Assembly: GCA_028873965.1 (NCBI GenBank)
Contig: JAPPMU010000024.1
Coordinates: 16,503-80,502 of the forward strand
DNA from: Chloroflexota bacterium
GTDB lineage: Bacteria; Chloroflexota; Dehalococcoidia; Lucifugimonadales; UBA3495
Length of the DNA stretch: 64,000 bases
Direction of reading: 5' to 3'
The translations under genes and the position numbers were made by a program. Below are positions 20,548 through 28,941 of this stretch, in pieces. The number at the start of each line of letters is the position of its first letter. The first letter of the stretch is position 1. The notes beneath the pieces are model-generated. The model searched no databases. It worked only from the letters and a program-made list of their open reading frames with translations, and had not been told where the DNA came from.

Positions 20548-20856
20548 CTACCACTCATCCTGAGTTGGACGAACTTGCTCTATGAACCCACTGGGCAGAG
20601 GGATGGTTCCGTCCTGATCCTCCAACTCTTTCAGGGCACGTTTGAGCATGATAGCAAATATCTTTGCTTGTGTCGGACTGAGCCGGACTATCCCTTTGAG
20701 CTCAGGGTGAACGTCTTCATCTTCACTGCCTTGTTCATCGGCTTGCATCGCATGCGGAAATGATAAGGCCCGTAGGCCGAGGATGATGCCAAACTCGGTG
20801 GACACTATTTGAACCAGGTCGGCATGAATGTCGGGGATGGCAGGCTCGTTGGGCAT
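20548..20856 (-). CDS. DUF3467-like small protein
   Basis: ADLVQIVSTEFGIILGL ... VRLSPTQAKIFAIMLKRALKELEDQDGTI fits the DUF3467 pattern. Confidence 0.45.
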   Translation of the reverse strand: MPNEPAIPDIHADLVQIVSTEFGIILGLRALSFPHAMQADEQGSEDEDVHPELKGIVRLSPTQAKIFAIMLKRALKELEDQDGTIPLPSGFIEQVRPTQDEW

Positions 20857-21093
20857 TTCTTCTACTTCACCTTGTCAGACGACCGTTTTGCGCCGTGTGA
20901 TGCTGGCAGTATAGCACCACCGGATATTGCGTGGTTACGCGGGAAACTTGGAGTTCTGACTGCGGTGCGACACGGCTCTGACTTTGGTCAACACAGCCGG
21001 CGCCAGCGTAGACGCTGTGGCGACAATATCCGCAAGCCGTGGTTCGAAGCTCAACCTGTTGGCGTGAGCCACTGCAAACTCCCTTTGAACGCC

Positions 21094-21906
21094 TCACAAA
21101 CACCGCTCCGCCTCGGAGCGGATGTAGTCCCGGAACTCCTGGGGCAGCCCGGCGGCATCGGCAGCCTGGGCGTTTTCCCGGATGCGCTCTGGACGGGAGG
21201 TGGTGGGTATGGCCGAACTCACGCGGCGGTCAGAAATGACCCAGGCCAGCAGCGCCTGGGCCCAGGTGTTGATGCCGTAGTCCCGCAGCGGCGTGAGGTC
21301 CGGCTGCTGCTGCAGGTCCAGGACGTAGCGGCCCTTCTGCAATGGCTCCATCACCAGGACGCCGGTGCCCAGTTCCTCGGCCAGGGGCAGCAGTTCGTCT
21401 TCAACGCTCCGGTTGAGCACGTTGTAGGGGATCTGGACGGTGTCCACTCGACCCTGCCGCATCAGGTCCATGATGGTGGGGTAGGCATCGGGCACCATCG
21501 CAGACACGCCGACCATGCCGATCTTGCCTTCTGCCTTGAGTCGCTCCAGGGTGGGCAGGTGAGTCTGCCAGTCGATCATGTTATGGACCTGGAAGAGGTC
21601 GATGTAGTCGGTCTGGAGCAGTTCGAAGGAACGGGCAATTTGGGCTTCGCCGGCCTCCTTGCCCTCGGTGCGCACCTTGGTGGCGAGGTAGAACCGGTCC
21701 CGACGGTCCTCTGTGATCTCGCCCAGGACCTGCTCCGCGTGGCCGTACCAGGCGGCGGTGTCGATCAGGTTTACGTCGCTGTCCAGGCAGTTGTCCACGA
21801 TCTGTCTTCGGACGGCGATCTCATCGTCGTCGGTGACGTCGAAAGTTCGCAACGTTCCCAGGCCAATGACTGAAACGTCCAGGTTGCCAAGTTTGCGGTA
21901 TTCCAT
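21094..21906 (-). CDS. aldo/keto reductase
   Basis: MEYRKLGNLDVSVIGLGT..., DTAAWYGHAE and YIDLFQVHN. In-frame ATG at 21906. Confidence 0.85.
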   Translation of the reverse strand: MEYRKLGNLDVSVIGLGTLRTFDVTDDDEIAVRRQIVDNCLDSDVNLIDTAAWYGHAEQVLGEITEDRRDRFYLATKVRTEGKEAGEAQIARSFELLQTDYIDLFQVHNMIDWQTHLPTLERLKAEGKIGMVGVSAMVPDAYPTIMDLMRQGRVDTVQIPYNVLNRSVEDELLPLAEELGTGVLVMEPLQKGRYVLDLQQQPDLTPLRDYGINTWAQALLAWVISDRRVSSAIPTTSRPERIRENAQAADAAGLPQEFRDYIRSEAERCL

Positions 21907-22231
21907 CTTTGTTGACCTCGCCCGAGTGCCGAATGCCAGCATGTGCATGGGGGATGCGCGTGATTTGTCCCCAGCGGTTGTACCACTTACCACGCTAGTC
22001 CGACCAGTCCCGTTCAAGCTCCCGGAGCCGGACAGACCCACATATCTGATGGCGTCCCTGATACCCTGACCAGGCAGCCCAGTAAAAGCAGCGAACGGCA
22101 GTAGACCTCACACGCACCCATTTTTGCTATCGCGTGGAACGCTGTCCCGTGGCGTTCACGTTTCCTGAAACACGGCCCCCACCAGCAAAGAGATTGCGGT
22201 GCTTCGTTCACAATGACAAATGACATAGGAG

Positions 22232-22382
22232 TTACGCACTTGAAATTACAAACCCGTCATTCCTGCGCAAGCAGGAATCCATAGGCTTCACAGTGAACGA
22301 ATCTGGAACACTGTTAACGATTTCGGCCACTGGATTCCCGCTTTCGCGGGAATGACGGGTGTAAAGTCTCCCAACTGCGTAA
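22232..22382. repeat. MITE-like element built on two REP hairpins (imperfect ~33 bp TIRs)
   Basis: The left end TTACGCACTTGAAATTACAAACCCGTCATTCC resembles the reverse complement of the right end (TTACGCAGTTGGGAGACTTTACACCCGTCATTCC). The hairpin cores are GTCATTCCTGCGCAAGCAGGAATCC and GGATTCCCGCTTTCGCGGGAATGAC. Confidence 0.65.
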
Positions 22383-22530
22383 GTCCTATGACAGTTTGAC
22401 GGAAAGCGAGTAAGCGTGAGACATGACCGGCTCTGGACGGCCACGCGCCAGCGGAGTATCTTGCGGCTTGGCACCCCGTGCTGAGGTTTCAGCAACATGA
22501 CCCAGACAACCACGAGCACGACGAGGTTGA

Positions 22531-23889
22531 ATGATGCCTGAACTCCATGAGCTTTCGGTGGCGGAAGCCGCCGCGCAGATTCGCGAAGGAACCCTGTCGC
22601 CGGTGGCGCTGGCCGAGTCGCTGCTGGCGCGCATAGACGCGCTGGACGGCGACTTGCAGGCGTGGGTTACCATCGACCGCGACGCGGTGCTGTCGACGGC
22701 CAGGCAGCGGGAGGAAGAGGTGCAACGGGGCGACCCGCTGGGCTTGATCCACGGCGTCCCGGTGGGCCTGAAGGACATTTTCTACACCGAGGGCATGCTC
22801 ACCGCCTGCGGCTCGAAGGTGTACGCCGATTTCGTGCCGGAATTCGACGCAACCTCGGTGGCAAATATCAAGGCGGCCGGTGGCATCATCCTCGGCAAGG
22901 CGGTCACCACCGAGTTCGCCTCCTCCGACCCTTCGCCGACGCGCAACCCGTGGAACCTGGAGCACACCCCCGGCGGCTCCAGCAGCGGGTCGTCCGCGGC
23001 GGTGGCGGCGCGCATGGTTCCGGCGGCGCTGGGCTCGCAGACTGGCGGGTCCACCTGCCGGCCGGCGGCCTACAACGGGATCGTCGGCGTGAAGCCCACC
23101 TACGGGCGCATCTCACGTTATGGGGTGGCCCCGTTGAGCTGGTCGCTGGACCACGTGGGCATCCTGACCCGCACGGTGGCCGACGCCGCGCTGATGCTGA
23201 CCGTCCTCAGCGGCGCGGACGACAATGATCCGGGCAGCCTGCGCGAACCTGTGCCCGACTTCACGGCGCAGATGGTTGAGCATGACCGGCCCCCGCGCAT
23301 CGGGCTGGTGCGGCAGTACTACCAGGACTATGCCACGCCGGAGATGTGGGCGCACACCGAGGCAATCGCCAATCAACTGGCGGAGGCTGGTGCGGAGGTC
23401 GAGGAAATACCGTTGCCCGACAGCTTCGCCGTGGTCCACAGGTTCCAGCGCATCGTGTCCAACGTCGAGTGCGCGGCAATCCACCAGGCCAATCATCGCG
23501 TTCGTGCCGCCGACTACGGCCCGCGCATCCGCGCCGGCATGGAGATGGGCATGATCATGCCAACGTCGGCGTACCTGAAGGCCCAGCGATTGCGGCGGCA
23601 GTTCCGCGCCGACTTCAGCGAGATGGCTGCCAGGGTGGACGTCGTGATGACGCCGGCAATGCCGGCGCCGGCTCCCCGCGACCTGAATACCACCGGCGAT
23701 GCCGCGTTCCAGGTGCCGTGGTCGGCCTCCGGGTTACCCACGGTGGTGGTGTCGACGGGCCTGAGCGAACTGGGCATGCCGATGGCGGTGCAGTTCGGAG
23801 GCCCGTGGGCACAGGAGGGCAGGGTCCTGGGCGCGGCGCAGTGGTGCGAGCGGATTGCTGGGTTGAACCAGGCGCCGCCGATAGGTTGA
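22531..23889 (+). CDS. amidase (amidase-signature family, GatA-like)
   Basis: GGSSSGSSAAVAA signature within the GLKD...TTEFA...GGS context. 452 aa. Confidence 0.9.
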   Translation: MMPELHELSVAEAAAQIREGTLSPVALAESLLARIDALDGDLQAWVTIDRDAVLSTARQREEEVQRGDPLGLIHGVPVGLKDIFYTEGMLTACGSKVYADFVPEFDATSVANIKAAGGIILGKAVTTEFASSDPSPTRNPWNLEHTPGGSSSGSSAAVAARMVPAALGSQTGGSTCRPAAYNGIVGVKPTYGRISRYGVAPLSWSLDHVGILTRTVADAALMLTVLSGADDNDPGSLREPVPDFTAQMVEHDRPPRIGLVRQYYQDYATPEMWAHTEAIANQLAEAGAEVEEIPLPDSFAVVHRFQRIVSNVECAAIHQANHRVRAADYGPRIRAGMEMGMIMPTSAYLKAQRLRRQFRADFSEMAARVDVVMTPAMPAPAPRDLNTTGDAAFQVPWSASGLPTVVVSTGLSELGMPMAVQFGGPWAQEGRVLGAAQWCERIAGLNQAPPIG

Positions 23890-24577
23890 CATCGTCAATC
23901 AATGAGCAGGGCGCATGTAAACTGATCTCTCCCTGGGATTCGACCTGGGTGGCGCAGCATGAGGCATGAACTGCGTACCAAACCGTAGAGGCCATTTCGG
24001 GTGCAGCACATGGCGCCAAGTTCGTGATCATTACTTGGATCGAATCAAAACCGGACTGGCAAAGGACGTGTGGGACGCTATAGCGCAGGTCAATGCCCAT
24101 ATCAAGGCGCAGCGTTCTGAAGGCGGCTTCGTTTCCCCGGGACGAGCCCGTCGACGCTCCGTGCACCGTCCACACCGGCCTCCACTCGCTCGCGCACTGA
24201 GCAACTATTGGGCCGCATCGACGCGTGCCGCCAGGTGAGCATCACAGATTGATGACACCAAGGCGTCGCGTCCCTCACCGCGCTCCACGTCGCCGCAATG
24301 GGTTACGTGAAATCTCCTGACCAAAGCAATAACGGTCTCGTCCTGGAGCAGGCGGCGCGCTCGCTCACGACTTCGGTGAGCAACAGTAACCTACCGAGAA
24401 AACATGCTACCCACTCCGGCCTCAGTACGGACAGTGGAAACTGCGAGACGTAAGCCGCGCCGACTCCGACGTCCCGTTTATCTCCCGGCAGGCCAGTAGC
24501 AAAACTGCGCCGGTTTTGTTCATGGCGGGCGTGGTTCACGCAGATGAACAGTGCGAACGGCTAACTGGTGGCAGCGC

Positions 24578-24741
24578 TCAGGGTAGGACGCCGATGCGGG
24601 ACTTCCTGGTGTCGCACCCCACGCAGGTGGACCGGGTGGCGGGCCGGCCGTTCTTCATGGAGACGGCCTCAATGTCTTTTGAACCGGTCTTGGCCTGCAC
24701 TTGACGCAGTAGATCTCTACGGCTCCGGACGGGGTGGACAT
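24578..24741 (-). pseudogene. DUF5679-like zinc-ribbon gene with a 1 nt frameshift
   Basis: Reads MSTPSGAVEIYCVKCR, then shifts frame into KTGSKDIEAVSMKNGRPATRSTCVGCDTRKSRIGVLP-stop. The joined sequence fits the CxxC...KNGRPA...CxxC...RIG pattern. The total is 164 nt, one short of a whole number of codons. The shift is near 24690-24699. Confidence 0.6.
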
Positions 24742-24917
24742 GGGCGAAAGCTCCTGGCGGCGGGATGGCAACAGCCATTGTAACCCCCGGCGACAACCCT
24801 GCCGGTGATCATGTGACGGTCGAATGGATTTTGGTGACATCCCGCACCTTACGCCGCGGGAACGAGGCCGGTAGAATGGTCTCACCGCTGCGGGCGTGAT
24901 GGCAGACCAACCGCCAG

Positions 24918-25361
24918 GTGAACAACGGTCGGCATCCTGAGCTCTCGATCCCGCGGGTGATTGAGGTGATGGTGCCTGGAGAAATTCTCGAAGAGAAGGT
25001 GCTCAAACTGCGCTTGGTGGATACCAGGGGAATCGACACGACGGTAGAGCGAGCCGACTTGGACAGCCATCTGAGAGACCCGGCAACTGTGGTAGCACTT
25101 TGCACGAGTTTCAATGACGCGCCCGCCATCTCGGTTCAGGCGCCCTTGGAACAAGCCCAACGGAGCGGCACCGGAAACCTGGACGCTAAAGCCATAGTCC
25201 TGGCTTTGGTGTATCCCGACCAGGCGTCTGGGGTCAAGTACGATGACGGAGCCGAGGTGGAGACGGTTGAGGAAGGCTATGCGCTGAAAGCACACCAAGT
25301 TTGGATGCAGTTGGCGGTGAGAGAAGGGACCGAATCGCTGGACAACAACATATCGACACGT
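24918..25361 (+). pseudogene. internal fragment of a P-loop GTPase/NTPase-like gene
   Basis: KLRLVDTRGIDTT has a G3/Walker-B-like context with no upstream P-loop. The frame is closed by a stop at about 24895, and the 3' end runs into a repeat. Low confidence. Confidence 0.3.
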
Positions 25362-25444
25362 GGGGATTTCTGGGTTTCCGCTTGCGCGGGAACGACGTGC
25401 TATCCACAAGGAAACCCACCAACGCTGAACAGTTACCGGTGACG
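25362..25444 (+). repeat. third copy of the island-end module (REP hairpin + CTGAACAGTTAC + CGGTGACG)
   Basis: About 71/82 identical by hand alignment to 42750-42831. It ends with CTGAACAGTTAC (25425-25436) and CGGTGACG (25437-25444), which abuts the channel gene stop codon. Confidence 0.75.
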
Positions 25445-26275
25445 TCAGCGGCGGCGCTCGTCCTCGTTATCGTCTGCGTTCAACCGCTCTTCCAGGCGCT
25501 TGAGCGTCTCCTGGGTTGCCCGCAACTCGCGCATTATGTCCTGCCGCGAGACCGGTTCGAGCCCTTCTTGCAGCTGACTTCGCTTGGTGTCGTCCAGGCT
25601 GTTGATGATGATGGCGATGAACAGGTTGATCACCACGAAGGTGCCCACCACGACGAAGCTGACGAAATATACCCAAGCAAAAGAGTGCTTCTGCATCGCC
25701 GTATCCATCACGTTGGTCCAGCCGTCCAGCGTGATGATGTTGAACAGCGTGAGGAGCGAAATCGCAAGACTGCCCCAATGCTCGGGATCGTGGGCATGGA
25801 AGAGATGGAAACCCATGATGGCGTAGATGTACACCACGATGCTCATCAGCATGATCACGTGGCCCACGCTTGGGATCGAGCGCACCAGCGCCGCCACGAT
25901 GAGCCGGAGGTCGCGGATCGCCGAGATCAGGCGCACCACGCGCAGCAGACGCGCCAGCCGCGCAATCATCGCAAACTGACCTGTTGCCGGGATCAAGGCA
26001 AAGACGATCACCATGAAGTCGAAGATGTTCCAGCCGTCGCGGAAATAATCCTGCATACGGGGCCACAGCGCCACCATCTTGAGAATGGCTTCAACGATGA
26101 ATATTCCCAGGGCGATCTGGTTTCCCAGTTCCAGCCAGTGTCCGTAGTCACTGGCGATGACCGCGGAAGTTTCCAGGCCCAGCAGGACGCCGTTGGCGAT
26201 GATGACGGCGATGATGAAATATTCGAACCAGTTCGAGTTGACCAGGCCCGCCGAGATTTTGACCAGTTGATTCAT
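25445..26275 (-). CDS. voltage-gated ion channel, single-domain BacNaV/NaChBac-like
   Basis: Six TM helices. S4 has arginines at every third position (RLARLLRVVRLISAIRDLR). The pore is LFNIITLDGWTNVMD, and there is a C-terminal coiled coil. ATG at 26275. Confidence 0.85.
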   Translation of the reverse strand: MNQLVKISAGLVNSNWFEYFIIAVIIANGVLLGLETSAVIASDYGHWLELGNQIALGIFIVEAILKMVALWPRMQDYFRDGWNIFDFMVIVFALIPATGQFAMIARLARLLRVVRLISAIRDLRLIVAALVRSIPSVGHVIMLMSIVVYIYAIMGFHLFHAHDPEHWGSLAISLLTLFNIITLDGWTNVMDTAMQKHSFAWVYFVSFVVVGTFVVINLFIAIIINSLDDTKRSQLQEGLEPVSRQDIMRELRATQETLKRLEERLNADDNEDERRR

Positions 26276-26342
26276 GGGATCGCGCCGCTGCGTTGAAAAT
26301 CGCACATATTTTACGGCAGTTCACCCGCCATGCCGCGTCTGC

Positions 26343-26556
26343 CAGGGCATGTCGTCAAATCGAGTTGCCAAGCGTCAAACCGCTCCATTTCAGTCATTCC
26401 CGCGAAAGCGGGAATCCTGGAGGTCGCTGTGCCCGGAATGTTCTGGATTCCGGCTTTCGCCGGAATGACGGTTCGAGGGCCCGGAATGACGGTTCGAGGG
26501 CCCGGAATGACGGTTCGGGGTGAAGGGCCGTCATCCGGGACTTTGAAAAGGCTCTG
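26343..26556. repeat. REP hairpin cluster / degenerate MITE of the 832-977 family
   Basis: Hairpins GTCATTCCCGCGAAAGCGGGAATCC and GGATTCCGGCTTTCGCCGGAATGAC are present. The right end GACTTTGAAAAGGCTCTG (26539-26556) matches the 960-977 TIR at 17/18. A possible degenerate left TIR (CAGGGCATGTCGTCAAATC) lies at 26343. Confidence 0.6.
26460..26522. repeat. 21 bp tandem repeat x3
   Basis: CCGGAATGACGGTTCGAGGGC is repeated head to tail three times. The last copy is slightly diverged. Confidence 0.9.
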
Positions 26557-26669
26557 CCTGTCCGTGGCGAGGGATGAAGATCCGCGAAACGCTCACGCAT
26601 CGTCGCAATCGGCAGGCATTCGGGCGAGAAATCAACAGCTACGAGCCCGGCCCGAGAAGCCCCAATCGG

Positions 26670-27108
26670 TCAGCCGGAAGGCAATACGGGCTCGCCGTCC
26701 TCGATCCTCAGCACGAACCGGTAGTCGTAGCCCAGGTCCAGAATGCGCTGGCCGCCTTTTCCCCGGTCAAACACGGCGATAACCTGCCGGACCACCGAGC
26801 CCGCCGCTTCCACGGCCTGGATGCACCGGATGATCGAATCGCCCGTGTAGCAGGTGTCGTCCACGATGGCCACCCGGGATCCGAGGTTGCCTTCGATGCG
26901 GTTGAGCATACCGTAGTCTTTTGCTTCGGCCCGCACGTAGAAACCGGCGCGCGGAACGCCGGATTGATGCACCACCGCCGTCACCACGGGAATCGCTGCC
27001 GTGGCCGGCCCGCCGACGCTGCGGACATCATCTACAAGCATGTCGCCAATTATCCGGCCAGCCAGGATACTGCCCTTCGCGCTGAGCATAAATGCGCGCC
27101 CGTTGACG
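26670..27108 (-). pseudogene. phosphoribosyltransferase (PyrE-like) gene, 3' portion, separated from its 5' portion by the island
   Basis: PRPP-binding motif VAIVDDTCYTGDSII. The frame stays open upstream of the track ATG back to the island junction (..TVTVNGRAFMLSAKG), and the N-terminal ~33 residues expected for this family are missing here. Confidence 0.8.
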
Positions 27109-27120
27109 GTAACTGTTCAG
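27101..27120. repeat. left island junction: direct repeat CGTTGACG + terminal inverted repeat GTAACTGTTCAG
   Basis: CGTTGACG (27101-27108) is identical to 42824-42831. GTAACTGTTCAG (27109-27120) is the exact reverse complement of 42812-42823. Confidence 0.9.
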
Positions 27121-27203
27121 ATTTGATGTGACCAGCCCACCCCAAAACCGTCATACCGGCGAAAGCAGAAGGATCTAAAGAGCGCACTTTCGAATCTGCC
27201 TTC

Positions 27204-27803
27204 ATGATGACCATCCGTCAAACGCGCCAAAGATCCAAATCGCGAGTGCGCGTCGACGGTGCGAATGCACGGAAAACGGCAAATGGGCAAAGCCGCGGCG
27301 CAACCGCGATTCAGAATATCACGCACAAGGGAGTAACAGGCAGCACCTCTGAATCCGATTTTGACTCAACTGAGACCAGCAACACCGTCGAAAAAGCTAA
27401 GCCAAAACGACGATCCGGAAAAGCGTCCAATCCGGCCGCCGGGAACGATGCCCCGACCAAGCCGAATCACGGGCGCACCTCCACATCCAAGACCCCAAGT
27501 CTTTCACGCGAGCAACGCAAGGCAGCCGGCCTTTGCGTAAGCTGCCCAAATCGCGCAGTCCAAGGCCAGACCCGCTGTCCGCCCTGTGCCAAAAAACATC
27601 TCCAATGGTACCGGAGTAAGCAAGCGGAAAAGAACGCGGGTTCCGCTATGCCTCCCGCGCAGGCTGGACGACCCAGAAAGACTGAAGAAGCGCGTGCCGA
27701 GCAGGAACGCGAGCCCCGCATCCAAGACGGAGCCGAGCGCGATGCTATCGAGGCCCGCATCCAAGAGTTGGAAAACGAGATCCAGCGGCTCCGCGAAGGC
27801 TGA
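27204..27803 (+). CDS. hypothetical basic protein with zinc-ribbon-like Cys motif and C-terminal coiled coil
   Basis: GLCVSCPNRAVQGQTRCPPCAKKH is followed by ERDAIEARIQELENEIQRLREG. The start is uncertain. Confidence 0.4.
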   Translation: MMTIRQTRQRSKSRVRVDGANARKTANGQSRGATAIQNITHKGVTGSTSESDFDSTETSNTVEKAKPKRRSGKASNPAAGNDAPTKPNHGRTSTSKTPSLSREQRKAAGLCVSCPNRAVQGQTRCPPCAKKHLQWYRSKQAEKNAGSAMPPAQAGRPRKTEEARAEQEREPRIQDGAERDAIEARIQELENEIQRLREG

Positions 27804-27952
27804 CGGCCACATCACGCCCCACCTCGCTTCGGCCCCTGACCGCGGTCACGACATCGCTTCGCCAAGCTGCGCCGGCACCTGGCGGCAGCCGGCGCACGCC
27901 ACTGTGAAAATTGATCCCGCCCAAGAAACTGCGACGGGGTCAGCGCAGCGAG

Positions 27953-28789
27953 CTACGTGGCCGGTTCGTCCAGACCGACTATACGCTCTTCGGACGCTGA
28001 CGTAGTGGTAGTGGACGCCGCCGCCGGCAGTTGCACGGGAGCCGGAGCTGGCCGGCTACGACGCGCCAGTGCCGCTATTGCCAGCGCCAGCGCGACCAGA
28101 GCCAACAGCGCAGCGATGCCGGCCGCTCCCAGCGTGTACAGGTCGTAATCATTCTCCGGCTCCACGGAGCGGCCCCGCGGCCCTTCCTCGCCTTCCGGCC
28201 CTCGTTCTCCCTGCGGTCCTTCTGGTCCCGGTGGTCCCGGTTCCCCGGGAGACCCAGCCGGCCCCGATGCGCCTTGTGGCCCTGCCGGACCCGGCGGCCC
28301 AGCGGGTCCGCGCTCACCCGGTGGCCCCGCAACCGCAGCCGGCTCCGGGGCTTGCGTAGGAGTAGGTCGCGCCGTGGCGGTTGGCACCGGACGCGGCGTT
28401 GGAGTCGCGGTGGCGGCGGGCTGTCCTGCGGAAGGAGCCCGCAGTTCCAAGTCGGCTTGCAGGAACCCGCTGGTCCAGCTCATCTCCACATCAGCCCTCT
28501 GGCCGTTGACCAGAAAGTGGATCGGGCCGCGGCCCCGGGGTTGGCTCACCTGCAAAGGCCCGAACCGTCCGTTGGCCCGCACCGTAATCCGGCTGAGCTC
28601 CGTGTCGCCTTGCATCGCCTGGATCACAGCGCCGGCCGTCGCCGGCACACCTTCCAGCCAGGCCGTCCCCGCCAGCACCATCGGCGGCAAGTTGGGCGCC
28701 TGCGCTGACGCCGGCGAACTGGGAAGCACCGTCAGCAAAGTCATCGTGATCACGGCCGGGATTACGATCAGCCACCGAGTTTGAATCAT
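27953..28789 (-). CDS. collagen-like triple-helix repeat protein, secreted, with C-terminal TM segment
   Basis: A signal peptide (start 28789 after GGAGGAAG) is followed by an uninterrupted G-X-Y run ([52 protein letters not shown]), then the hydrophobic [25 protein letters not shown]. Confidence 0.8.
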   Translation of the reverse strand: MIQTRWLIVIPAVITMTLLTVLPSSPASAQAPNLPPMVLAGTAWLEGVPATAGAVIQAMQGDTELSRITVRANGRFGPLQVSQPRGRGPIHFLVNGQRADVEMSWTSGFLQADLELRAPSAGQPAATATPTPRPVPTATARPTPTQAPEPAAVAGPPGERGPAGPPGPAGPQGASGPAGSPGEPGPPGPEGPQGERGPEGEEGPRGRSVEPENDYDLYTLGAAGIAALLALVALALAIAALARRSRPAPAPVQLPAAASTTTTSASEERIVGLDEPAT

Positions 28790-28941
28790 TGGTTCGCTTC
28801 CTCCCAACGTCGGGTTGACGAGTTGAGCCGAAACCTCAATATCTCGCACTATCTGATGATGAAAGCATTACTGACGACAAGAGAGGCAGAACGCCGTCAG
28901 ACGGTGGAGCGCTCCCCAATCCGGCGGAACGCGAGCGGCGT

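Noticed and set aside
20809-21873. 354 aa plus-strand ORF opposite the aldo/keto reductase
   Set aside because: Shadow ORF. The minus strand encodes a clear AKR.
23905-23935. GTAAACTGATCTC as the inverted left terminus partnering the 25425 CTGAACAGTTAC end
   Set aside because: It matches only about 8 of 12 positions, with an indel, and lacks the adjacent REP hairpin module. That is too weak to call.
23966-24238. 90 aa plus-strand ORF after the amidase
   Set aside because: No RBS and no recognisable motif, and the second half is Arg/Pro-rich. It may be a gene fragment but cannot be supported.
26460-26522. Possible CRISPR array
   Set aside because: There are only three contiguous 21 bp units with no spacers, and the unit derives from a REP hairpin arm. 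This is a tandem repeat, not CRISPR.
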